From Octopus sinensis (lineage: Eukaryota), in the NCBI RefSeq assembly GCF_006345805.1, contig NC_043015.1, positions 30,938,001 to 31,002,000 of the forward strand: DNA of 64,000 nucleotides. Direction: 5' to 3'. The notes beneath the pieces were generated by a model. That model saw nothing but the letters and a program-made list of their open reading frames with translations. It did no database searches and was not told the DNA's origin. Position 1 is the stretch's first letter. Each line of letters opens with the position of its first letter. Made by a program: the position numbers and the translations under genes. Positions 42,001-55,383 of the stretch are shown piece after piece.

Positions 42001-44715
42001 AGCAAACAGTAAACATGTTTTTGTGTGTGTCGTATTAGCAATGGGACAATAAGAAAAAAACCATTAAAAGTCATATGTCATCATCATCATCATTGACTAC
42101 CACTACTGCCACCACCACCACCACCAATCTTTTCCTCTTCCTTGTTGTTGTCATCATTGTCATTGCTGTTGTCATTGTCGATGTCCTCCTCCTCCTCCTC
42201 CAACCCCTCTCTGCTTTGGAAGATTATTATAAAAGTGATAGTGTATCATTTTGGTATCCGGTCAGGAAACATAAACAAATTTAGTCATGAAACTCTGTAC
42301 ATCCTAGGGTTGGTGCTTTCAATTATATCAACCCTAGTATATTAATGGGGTACTTGTTAATTGATCTTATAAGATATGAAATGCAAAGCTGTTATTGACA
42401 CAAAGGAAGAAAACTAAGTCGGATATATATCTCAGGGTGCATCCGTTTGAATGTACCACTTTTTACCCCACACAACACGCAGTGCAGCCCTCTGGCTTAA
42501 CAGCTCCTGTCAGACCATTCAAACCATTCTGGTATGGAAGCCAAATATTAAATGATGATGATGTTATGTGTGTGTGTGTGGTGCATGTGTTAAAAGTGAA
42601 CTTACCGTTCCTCAATCTGTGACTGGGATGCCAAGGAACTCATTGAACTGTAGACATTCCTGCAATATAGAGGTGGCATTGCAATTTAACATTGCATAAT
42701 TTTACCAACCATAGCATGTAAAGAACTGTTGCTTCTATAAAATGATCCTATGCCTACATTTTATAATATTGTATTACATTAGGTAATAACCAGCAACTTA
42801 TTTCCTTCAACACTTGTCAGTTAAAGTTGAGACAGTGTCACGTGACAACTTGCTGGGGCTGCCTGCTGGAGCCTAGCAGCAGGTGTTTAAAGGGAAATTT
42901 GACAAGTCAGTCAGTCGCCCGCTGACACTCGTTGACGCTACATCGAAGAGGCCAGGGAACAGAAGAAAGAAGACATGCACCCAACACCAGAGCTGGAGAC
43001 ATCTCCGAAAGGTGGGGGTCCCGCCACGTCAAAACGGTAGAGGAGTAGGGGCCAAAACCGGACGTGGTTCCTTCTGATGATGTCTTGAGCTAACTGGATC
43101 CTATAAAGGAGCTGTTGTGGTGGCAGACCACAAAACACGGTTGAAATTCCTCCTAAAGTTACTGGGTTTCTTATTGATCCTTTCCTCATTTGAAATGTCG
43201 GATAAACATTTTTTAAAATAAACATCCATTTCTTTTATTTTCTATTTGTTTTTTCTCCACTTCCTTCTTTTTTTTTGCTATTTTCTTACTGTTTACTTTT
43301 CTTAAATTATGTTCTTTTTTTGATGAATTATTCTTCTGAATTTTTATCATAATACTCAGTTAAGTTATGTTCCAAGCTCCAGTTTAACATATAAATAAAT
43401 TAAAAAAGTGAGTTGTTTTACTAAAGCTCTCCAAATTCTTGAATGTTTTTTAAGATTAACTGAAAGACAGTCAAGATATTTTGTTTGAAATATGATTACA
43501 AAATGGTTAATTACAAAATGCCTGTCTGTCTGATCTATTTACTTCAACGTACAATGTTTTAAGCAAGATCTTTATTGACTTCATGCCTTTTTCTTTGTTT
43601 TAAGAAATTGATCACAAAATCCTCATTTTTCAGCTAGTTTATCCAACTTACTGAAACAAGTATAAATATTCCATTTCTTACCTGATGGCAATCTTGGTGT
43701 TGACATCTCCAATCTTAAGAACAGTTGGGTGTGGCTCTTTCAAAAGACATCGTTGAATGTAAGTCAGTTCGAATTTCTCTAGTTTTTTCTAAGTTTTGGT
43801 AAATAGAAAAATTGAAGATAAAATTGTGTAAGCATAAAAGGACATAATGTTCTTTATGTAATAGGTGATTATATCTTAAACTACTACTATACTACTACTA
43901 CTACTACTACTACTACTATACTACTACTATCTACTAAAGGCACAACGCCTGAAATTTTGGGCGAGGGGACAAGTTGATTACATTGACCCCAATGTTTCAC
44001 TGGTACTTAATTTATTGACTCCAAAAGGATGAAAGGCAAAGTCAACCTTGGCAGAATTTGAAATCAGAATGTAAAGGCGGATGAAATACTGTTAAACGTT
44101 TTGCATTAATCACACACTACACACCTTCCTTCAAAGCACTGCTGTAAACAGCAGAAGTGAGCTAGAATGTTAAAATTTAGTGCACATACACAACATAGTT
44201 GAAGGTCAATCTGTGGCTAGTGGCTTTATTATGTGTGCTTTAACGGCTTTATTCTATGTCACTAGCATTGGCCACATTGTGTCCATGAGGTGCTTTTTAC
44301 GTGCCACTGGCATGGGTACCAGTTATGTGACACTGACAACGGCCACAACTATGATTTCACATGGCTTGATGGGTCTTCTGAGTGATTTTCCATATATTAA
44401 TTTATTAATTATTGAATAACACAAGAAAAGGAATTACATAGTTAACCTTATTTACTGAGTTTACTAGTATTGCTTACTAGTATCACTATGCCTATGCAAA
44501 CTCATCACACACACACACTCACACACACACACACACATAACACACACACAAACACACACACATCTATAGGGACAGGGGTTTGCTTTCCAGCAACATGGGT
44601 CAGTCCCAATGTGTGGCATCTTGATCAAGTGTCTTGGGTGATAGGGACCCAGGGGCCAACAAAAGCCTTGTGAGTGGATTTGGTAGACAAATGAAAGAAG
44701 CCTATTATATGTAAG

Positions 44716-44750
<35 letters not shown>

Positions 44751-46737
44751 ATCTCTTTGTCTTGACATTGCATGGCAGTTGTAAAATGGTTGTCATTGTT
44801 AAATTTTTTTATATATAACACCACATAAGGGTGGACAATCAGCCTGTTGATGATGCTTATTTAGGCAGAAACAAGTGTCCATTGCTGTTCTCTTATCTCT
44901 GGATAATGGACCTATCTTTTTCCTTAATTCTATGTCAACTTGAACACTTTACTTGGAACCAGCGAACCTTGCGCTCCCTCTGCGATGAAGGAGCTGCACA
45001 CTTTGAACTAATCTGATGTGAGAAACTTGAGGAAAAAGAGACGTCAATGTCATCTCAGACTTACCTAAAACATAATGGGCAATAGTTGAGTGGACTGGAA
45101 CAACATGAAATGAAGTGCTTTGCTCAAGAAGACAATGCGTTGTCTGGTCCAGGAATTGAAACCACAATCTTACAATCATGAGTCCACCAGCCTAATCACT
45201 AAGCCACATGCCTCTACACATACACTTCAAATGTGTATGAATTTAAGTGTCTACTTAGACTCCGGATGTCTGGTTGCTGATCATATTGTAACCAGGAAAG
45301 CCAGCATTTCCTTATATATCTTCTATGTTTTTAGGTGCAAATTTGAGATGCAATTTTTGTTAAAAATCACTCATGTGGAACATATCCTCATGAATCATGA
45401 TGGCAGAAAAACATGAACCATTCCCACCACAACCCCCACCAAAAGAACAACAGAAACAAACAAAAAAATGCAACAAATAATAGGTAAGGCAGAAAAATGA
45501 ACAGCAGGTTAAAATGTTTTCTTTGTAGTCATATGGTATCAGATTTAACCCTTTCATTACCAACCCGGCCAAAACCAGCTCTGGCTCTGTAGTACAAATG
45601 TCTTGTTTTCTTAAGTTTTGAATTAAAATCTTCCACCAAACCTTAGTCGCAATTTATGTTCCTAACACTAGCTTAATGATAAATAAGTTATTTTACTAAA
45701 TTCTTTGTTATAGTTAAAGTAATTGAAAGAAACGCAGAGCATCTCAAAATAAATACAGTAATGAAAGGGTTGCCACTGCTACATTACTTTGAACAAGAAT
45801 CCTCTATCATAAATCTTGGGTTGATGCAAACTTGTGAGTCAATTTATAGGAAGAGAAACTATGCAGAAATCTCAGACAGACTGTACATATGATTTCATGG
45901 CATATGCTGGGTCTGACTGAGGATTATGCTATGTGGACTGGTATTTGTGGAATACTCAGCCACTTATACTAATTACGCTAGGATACAGTAAATAAAATAA
46001 GAGTTCTTTGACTGTGAATCATATATTTAAGTGTGTGTATGTGTGTTATATATATTCTCTGCTGTACATATACACAGAGACACAAACACACATGTTTATA
46101 TATGTGTGTGTGGGTCCATCCATCCATCTTTGAGAAACACTGATTTAACCTAATTTGAGACACCAGCAACAGATGGATTTCGACTGATGTACTTGCACGT
46201 ACAAATGCACGTTCCCACGGATTTATCGATCACATTCTCACCTGGAATCGATTTTTGTAATTTTTTCAAGACTTATACATGTCCTGATACCGTTGGTATC
46301 TACATATCAAATTTAAGTGCAATCGGATGGAGGATGCCCGAGATCCTAGGAGACACACACACAGACAGACAGAACAGATTTTATATAATAGGTATGTGTG
46401 TGTGTGTGTGTATGACAGGCCTCCTCACAGTTTCTGTGTACCAAGGTGCCACACAGGCCTGAACCTGACACCAAGTGGTTGCAAAGTGAGTTCCTTAACC
46501 ACACAGCCATACTCTCTCTCTCTCTTTTACTCTTTTACTTGTTTCAGTCATTTGACTGCGGCCATGCTGGAGCACTGCCTTTAATCAAGCAACTCGACCC
46601 CGGGACTTATTTTTTTGTTAGCCCAGTACTTATTCTATCAGTCTCTTTTGCCGAACCGCTAAGTAACGGGGAGGGACATAAACACACCAGCATCAGTTGT
46701 CAAGCAATGCTAGGGGGACAAACACAAATACACAAAA

Positions 46738-46776
<39 letters not shown>

Positions 46777-49700
46777 CATATGTACGATGGGCTTCTTTCA
46801 GTTTCCGTCTACCAAATCCACTCACAAGGCTTTGGTCGGCCCAAGGCTATAGTAGAAGACACTTGCCCAAGGTGCCACGCAGTGGGACTGAACCCGGAAC
46901 CATGTGGTTGGTAAACAAGCTACTTACCACACAGCCACTCCTAGTGGGACTGAACCCGGAACCATGTGGTTGGTAGCACTTATATAAAGTATGTGTACTT
47001 ACCCTCCATACATTCTTCCCAGAATGTCCAGATATCTTCTCCACCAGTTGCAGCATGCTGTCAGTCAACTGCGAAAGAGGAAGAAAGAAGAAAGAAATGG
47101 TAACAACAATAATTTCTAATTTAAGGCACTAGGCAGCAATTTAGGGAAGGAGTTGGTTGTTTACATCGAGGCCAGTACATGGCTGGCCTGAAAATAAGGG
47201 TCAACTTCAGTGAGATTTGAACTCAGAAACTCAAAGACCAAACAGCAGCAGAAGCAACAACAACAACAACAACAACATCATCGTCGTCATCATCATCATC
47301 ATCATCACCACAATCATCATCATCATATTGATCATGATCATCCTCCTCCTCCTTCTCATCATCACCACCACCACCACACCACACCACCACCACCACACCA
47401 CCACCACCACCACCACCACCACCACCACCACCACCACCATCATCATCACCATCATCATCATCATCATCACCATCATGATGGAACTGGCGTTCCATTGGTC
47501 ACAATGATGAGTGTTCCAGTTGATTGGATCAACAGAACAGCCTTCTTGTGAAATTAACGTGCAAGTGGCTGAGTACCCCCTCCCCACACACGTGAGTATC
47601 CTTACAATAGTTTGCAGGGAGATACAGTGCAACATAGCATGTGACAAGGCTGGCCCCCTTTGAATTACAGGTACAATTTAATTTTTGCCGGCTGAGTGGA
47701 CTGGAGCACACGTGAAATAAAGAGTCTTGCTCAAGGACAGATTGCACTGCTGGGAATTGAACTCACGACCTTACGATTATGAATCAAATACCCTAACTAC
47801 TACGTTACGTGTCTTCACATAAAACAACATCAACAATACTAGTAACGGCAAAAACGAAACAAAAATAACAGCAAAAACAACAGAAAAAATGCAACAACAA
47901 CAACAAACAATAGCAGCAAGCCCCCCTCCTCCTCCCCCATAACAAGGACATTCAAACAAAACAAAACAGTGATTGCCAGACAGGAAAAATGAAATTCTCA
48001 CCTGGTGATTGATGGTACAGAGTAGGTTTTTCTTTGCCTTCTCCTCCAGTTTAACTTTTAGTATATTTATCAGGGGACGTATAGAAATTCCCTTTCAAAG
48101 AAACAAACATGAAATCACATTAAAAGAAATCAGAACAAAAGGTTTCATTCTTGCACAACTCCACAATCAAAGCATTCATAAATTCAAAACAAAACAAAAA
48201 CAAATCTGACACCAACAACAAAATATTTTTTCGTTTATCATTTGATAGATCTTAGTCAAAAGTGTATCTCAGGATCTATTTGTTTTTTTACAAAAATTTT
48301 CTTAACTTGAGTGAAAAAAATTATATCTATAATTATCCTTCTTTATATAAGTGCAGAGGTGGCTGTGTGGTCAAGAAGCTTGCTTCCAAACCACGTAGTC
48401 TTGGTTTCAGTCTTACTATGCAGCACCTTGGGCAAGTGTCTTCTACAATAGCCCAGGGCTGAGCAAAATCTTGGGGGGTGAATTTGAGAGACAGAACTGT
48501 TAAGTTTCAGGGATGTAAACAAACACTGGCTGTCAGGTGACAGGTAGGGGAGAAACACACACAGACTCTCATGCATATATACATATAATATTTTAGACGT
48601 TCTGTGTATATGTGGGGGTACAATTGGTGTGAAGGGGTATGTGTTGGGGGAGGCGAAACAGTTTATTTTGTGGGGTGTCTGCCTTATAGGGGTGTGTGCA
48701 TGTCTGCTTTATAGGGATTTGTGCATGTGTGTGTACATGGGTGCCTTGGTGTGTCTTGGTTAAACTCTTTTTTGGTGACCACCTCATCTCATCTGCCTCT
48801 AGAGTCCAACAGGGTGATCCACTTGATCCTGCCCTATTTGCATTGGGTATTGATGATGTTACCAAGATGGAAACTGACCTGGACCTAAGTGTCTAGTACC
48901 TGGATGATGCTTGTTTGGGAGGACCTCCTAACATGGTGCTTGCAACTGTGAGGATGATGATCGAAGAATTTGGTCATAGAGGCCTTAGCATTAACAGCTC
49001 CAAATGTGAGCTCCAGCTCCTCAACCACCCAGCTTCACACGAGCAGATTACTAAACTATTTGTTGACTCCCTCCCCTCAATTGTAATTCCTCTTTCATCA
49101 GCATGGTGCTCCTTTGGAGCCCCAGTTATTGACCTAGCTTTTGAGTTCATCTTTTGATCCAAAACAGCTAACCTCAGACAACTTTTAAAGCTTGCCTCAT
49201 TGAGGTGTCAGGTGATACCTGTGAGGGTGCTTGTGGCTTTCCTAATGCCTTAGCCTTGCCATAACCTGTGGTAATGATGTGAGCATGCTAGTTGCTCCAG
49301 TAGGTTCCTCTGGACCTTGTGGTGTGACCAGTTGAAGGGCTTGGTGCTGCATTGATGGTTTTTTTTAAAATTATTTTTTTAAGACAAATGTATTCAACAG
49401 AAATGATACACTAATGAGTTGTAGCTTCAGAATAAGTTATACTTGGTTATATTTTATTTTCAGTATGATTAAGCAAAGATGTATCCGTGATAAAAAAAAA
49501 GTTCATTGTATCTGATTTGTATTCCCTGTTTTAAGACAATAAAAATTATTATTCAAGTTTATTATATAAACATACACACATGGTTATTGTTTCATTACAA
49601 TGTTTCTGGTGTTATTTTGTTATTCCCTTGAATAAAAAAATAAATAGATAAAAAAACATTGTCAAGTATTTGATTATTAATGAGCACAGCGGAAGAAAGA

Positions 49701-52561
49701 AAATGGGTTGATAAATTGTCCTGAAGTATTGAATGATATTCCTTTATGTTCTGAGTTCAAATCCCTTGAACTTTGCCAGTCACTTTACATGAGGTGAATT
49801 GAGAAAGTTAGTAGAATGTAGGGCAAAAAGCCTTGAAGTTTCAACTATCGACACATCTACATTCAAATTCCTCCAAGATCAGCTTTTCTTTTCATCATTT
49901 TAAGGTTGATAAAATAAAGTTTATTAGAAATATTGAATTTCTAAATGTCTCAGAGAGACATGAGCGGTGGTGGAGCGATAGAGTGGTTGTATACTGTCAA
50001 CTTAACGTGACAGTCCCGTGAAGGGAATTACACCACTGCTATTTAGCCCTAGGAAGCATCGACGCTTCCTGTCGGCTTTCACACATTTCCTGTGTCCTTA
50101 TATTTGCAAAGGGGAGACAAGCACCCTCACCAGCTAGGACTAGCACCTAGGGACATGCATGTTTCTGGGTCTTGCTCATCATCAGTCTGGGGTAGCAAGT
50201 CCTGCTAGCTGAGGTGCCTTTCAAGCCTTCGCAAATATATGTATTTACAGTGAAATCTATTTGTCACCGATATATTGCGTCACATGTCCTAATGTTTGAA
50301 TACTTTCAACTATTATTGATAGTAAATAAAACATTTTCGATTTGAAATTTGATATCATTTATCATAGACACAGCTATTTGATTATGGATTACAACCCTGG
50401 AGATAACTGAATCTAATGACAAAGGTTGTGTCATCTTGTTAACTGGATACTGTTTCTAGTCTGATTTGTCAGACAGTTAGGTGCCAAAAAAATACTGATC
50501 TTCTACTAACAGTAAACACTCCTTGGCATTTTAACCTTCCTCTACTCCTTTGTAGCCCTTTTGATCATCAATGAGTTATTTATCAATATGACAGACAGAC
50601 ATTTTATTACTTAAATGAGTGTGGCACGTTGAGCAGAATGGCACACAAAATATCTATGCCTTTTTACAATAAGTTCAAGCTTCACTTCCCAACTATGTGG
50701 TTTTGGCTTTAGCAGTGTCTTCTTCTAGTATAGCCCTTGGCTGACCAAAGCCTTGTAAGTGGATTTGGTAGATGAAAACAGAAAGAAGCACATCGCCGGT
50801 AGCACATAAAAAGCACCATCCAAACGTGGCCGATGCCAGCGCTGCCCAGACTGGCTTCTGTGCCGGTGGCATATAAAAAGCACCGAACATGGCCGTTGCC
50901 AGCGCCGCCTTGGCTGGCTTCCGTGCCAGTGGCACGTTAAAAGCTCCAACCGATTGTGGCCGATGCCGGACGTCCCTGGCACCTGTGCAGGTGGCACGTA
51001 AAAAGCACCCACTACACTCGCGGAGTTGTTGGCGTTAGGAAGGGCATCCAGCTGTAGAAACTCTGCCAGATCAGACTGGAGCCTGGTGCAGCCCCTGGCT
51101 TCCCAGACCCCGGTCGAACCGTCCAACCCGTGCTAGCATGGAAAACGGACGTTAAACGATGATGATGATGATGATGAAAGCAAATAAGTAACAAGGATGT
51201 CAATGTATGAGTGCATTACAGCCATTTCAGGTGGCTCCATTTTTCTCTCTAAGTTCATTCTGCTACAATAATAGCAACATGTAATTCTTTCTTTCTCTAG
51301 TTCTCATGAAATATTTGCTAAAAATTATAATGGAGTATCCTGTATGTTGAAAACCTATATTTTGCATCTGAAGATGGCGGTCTATCAATAAGGTGATTTC
51401 CAATCGGTATTCCACCCAATGATGAAACTAAATGGAATCAACAAAGGTCACCGAATGAGCTAGAAATAACAGCTCAGTTAAATCTGTCTCAAATCATTAA
51501 CCTTACTTATTAAAAAAAGTACCCCAATATATATTACATCTTTCCATAGCCTTGGAAAAATCCATGCTAGGAATATCATTGCAGGAACATATCTGAAAGT
51601 AGATAATTCGAACATGAAGCAGAGGGAACAACACAAACACAGAATATTGAAAACACAAGTTCCACTGGTCCAGACATGTTGCAAGGTTCACAGATAAGAG
51701 AAGACCTGTGCAGTTGCTCGAGTGGTATCCAAGAGATTGGAAAAGGCTATTTGGAATGATTCCATAATGATGGGAAGAGGATTTACTCAAGTGATTTAGG
51801 TTAAGTTGGAAAAGAAGAGGGCAATCAAGAAAGGACTGGAAGCACATTGTGACCCGTGGCATATAGTAACATCCAGGAGTCTGGTTGATGCAGTGATACA
51901 GTGATATATTAAACTGGCAGTATCGCCCGGCGTTGCTCGGGTTTGTAAGGGAAATAACTATATAAGCATTTTTAGAGAGTTACTTCCCTTATATAAACCG
52001 AGCAAAAAATGCATTAAAAATGCAGAAAAATGATGGTAAATTTTTTTTAAATCGTAAACTTATTGTAGATGCATGCTAATACCCAGAAGGGCTTGATATG
52101 AATCACGACTATAAGATACCCGCTTTTGGTTAAACTGCACCTCAAAATGTGGAAGTAGTTAGGAATCTAAATCGGAGTAGACAGACTCTCACACACACAA
52201 CTTCAGTTTTATATATAAAGATAATGAACAGATAGTGTTAATGTGGGCAGTAGGTTACTACTTGGTAGATATTTTGAATCCCTTTCCAATCGTGTGTCAT
52301 TTATCATGAGATGATTGTGGACAGAGGACAGAAGTAACTTCTGGTAGAAAGCTGATCACTCTTACCTGGATGACAACATTGAAAAGTATAATCATCAATA
52401 CGGTTGTGAGGAACATACCACGTAGAGTTACGTGTTCCTCAGAAAGTTGTAGTGCTAAGGAGAATGCCACGCCACCGCGGAGGCCTCCGTACGACTGAAA
52501 CAGAGAAATATAGGAATTTAGCATAAGCATAGATACACACTGACGTGTGTATGTGTGTGTG

Positions 52562-52595
<34 letters not shown>

Positions 52596-52615
52596 CATGT
52601 GTGTGATAGTGATGG

Positions 52616-52656
<41 letters not shown>

Positions 52657-52779
52657 TGGTGGTGGTGGTGGTGGTGGTTGTGATGATGATGATGGTGGTG
52701 GTGGTGGTGGTGGTGATGATGATGATGGTGGTGATGGTGGTAGTGATGATGATGATGATGATGGTGGTGATGGTGGTGG

Positions 52780-52810
<31 letters not shown>

Positions 52811-52818
52811 GGTGGTTG

Positions 52819-52849
<31 letters not shown>

Positions 52850-52857
52850 GGTGGTTG

Positions 52858-52891
<34 letters not shown>

Positions 52892-52929
52892 GGTGGTGGT
52901 GGTGATGATGATGATGATGACGGTGGTGG

Positions 52930-52975
<46 letters not shown>

Positions 52976-52989
52976 GGTGATGATGGTGA

Positions 52990-53020
<31 letters not shown>

Positions 53021-53025
53021 TGTGA

Positions 53026-53059
<34 letters not shown>

Positions 53060-53942
53060 GGTGGTGATGATGATGATGATGATGGTGATTATGATGATGA
53101 TGATGAGGATGGATGTCCACTTGTGACCAAGGAAGACCATCACTGACCATTGCCTATAAAAAAATGCCAGCAATGCTTCTGCATGAGGTTATCGCACGAG
53201 CAGTTGGCTTCACCTGGGTTTGCATTAGTGGCACCCTCTTACACAACTGGACATCAGATAGTTGCCTCGCTTGTGATTGCACAGCTTAAAAATCACAGAA
53301 CCCCACAGACTCTCCCCACCCTACTGACATGATAGAGGGTCAAGCCAGGGCAAGATATCCAGTGTCAATATGGGTTGTTGCAAGTTCAGGAATGTGACAG
53401 TGCCTTGATAAGAAGAGCAAGTAAAAGATCCCCCAAATGTTCAGCGACATGTCCTGCATATCTGGCTTTATATTAGAGTGACCTTCTAGAGGCTTCTAAA
53501 TTACTAAAAAAAAAATACTCACCATGACTAGCTGTTCTTTGAGAGAGAAAATTTTCATTCTTTCACCATGGAATTTATTGATAAAATAGGAAAAGACAAG
53601 GGTAACTAGATGAAGATAAAAAAGGAAAAAAAAAGAAATTAATTAAAGGTTCTTTTATCATTAAGGTTTTTGTATAATCATAAAGTTGTTGTTGTTAACC
53701 ACTAAGTTAACCCTGATCCAACAAACCTATCTTAAATGTTAATCTATGACCAAAGGTGACCATCCCACCTTAGTTTCAAATATCTAGTGTGGTAAGTAGC
53801 TTGCTTACCAACCACATGGTTCCGGGCTCAGTCCCACTGCGTGGCACCTTGGGCAAGTGTCTTCTACTATAGCCTCGGGCCGACCAAAGCCTTGTGAGCG
53901 GATTTGGTAGATGGAAACTGAAAGAAGCCCGTCGTATATATG

Positions 53943-53989
<47 letters not shown>

Positions 53990-54044
53990 TGTGTGTGTGT
54001 GTGTGTGTGTGATGTGTGTGATAGTGATGGTGATGATGATGATG

Positions 54045-54090
<46 letters not shown>

Positions 54091-54196
54091 GGTGGTGGTG
54101 GTGGATGGTGGTGGTGGTGGGTGGTGGTGATGATGATGATGATGGTGGTGATGGTGGTAGTGATGATGATGATGATGATGGTGGTGATGGTGGTGG

Positions 54197-54227
<31 letters not shown>

Positions 54228-54235
54228 GGTGGTGG

Positions 54236-54266
<31 letters not shown>

Positions 54267-54274
54267 GGTGGTGG

Positions 54275-54307
<33 letters not shown>

Positions 54308-54353
54308 GTGGTGGTGGTGGTGATGATGATGATGATGACGGTGGTGGTGATGA

Positions 54354-54387
<34 letters not shown>

Positions 54388-54416
54388 GGTGGTGGTGATG
54401 ATGATGGTGGTGGTGA

Positions 54417-54450
<34 letters not shown>

Positions 54451-55328
54451 GATGATGATGATGATGATGGTGATTATGATGATGATGATGAGGATGGATG
54501 TCCACTTGTGACCAAGGAAGACCATCACTGACCATTGCCTATAAAAAAATGCCAGCAATGCTTCTGCATGAGGTTATCGCACGAGCAGTTGGCTTCACCT
54601 GGGTTTGCATTAGTGGCACCCTCTTACACAACTGGACATCAGATAGTTGCCTCGCTTGTGATTGCACAGCTTAAAAATCACAGAACCCCACAGACTCTCC
54701 CCACCCTACTGACATGATAGAGGGTCAAGCCAGGGCAAGATATCCAGTGTCAATATGGGTTGTTGCAAGTTCAGGAATGTGACAGTGCCCTTGATAAGAA
54801 GAGCAAGTAAAAGATCCCCCAAATGTTCAGCGACATGTCCTGCATATCTGGCTTTATATTAGAGTGACCTTCTAGAGGCTTCTAAATTACTAAAAAAAAA
54901 ATACTCACCATGACTAGCTGTTCTTTGAGAGAGAAAATTTTCATTCTTTCACCATGGAATTTATTGATAAAATAGGAAAAGACAAGGGTAACTAGATGAA
55001 GATAAAAAAGAAAAAAAAAAGAAATTAATTAAAGGTTCTTTTATCATTAAGGTTTTTGTATAATCATAAAGTTGTTGTTGTTAACCACTAAGTTAACCCT
55101 GATCCAACAAACCTATCTTAAATGTTAATCTATGACCAAAGGTGACCATCCCACCTTAGTTTCAAATATCTAGTGTGGTAAGTAGCTTGCTTACCAACCA
55201 CATGGTTCCGGGCTCAGTCCCACTGCGTGGCACCTTGGGCAAGTGTCTTCTACTATAGCCTCGGGCCGACCAAAGCCTTGTGAGCGGATTTGGTAGATGG
55301 AAACTGAAAGAAGCCCGTCGTATATATG

Positions 55329-55383
<55 letters not shown>

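Noticed and set aside
47210-47647. Gln/His-rich ORFs on both strands
   Set aside because: Compound trinucleotide microsatellite plus a SINE, inside an NHE intron.
52439-54558. Long poly-His, poly-Ile/Thr and poly-Met/Val ORFs
   Set aside because: They are translations of a stop-free (GAT/GGT)n intronic microsatellite.
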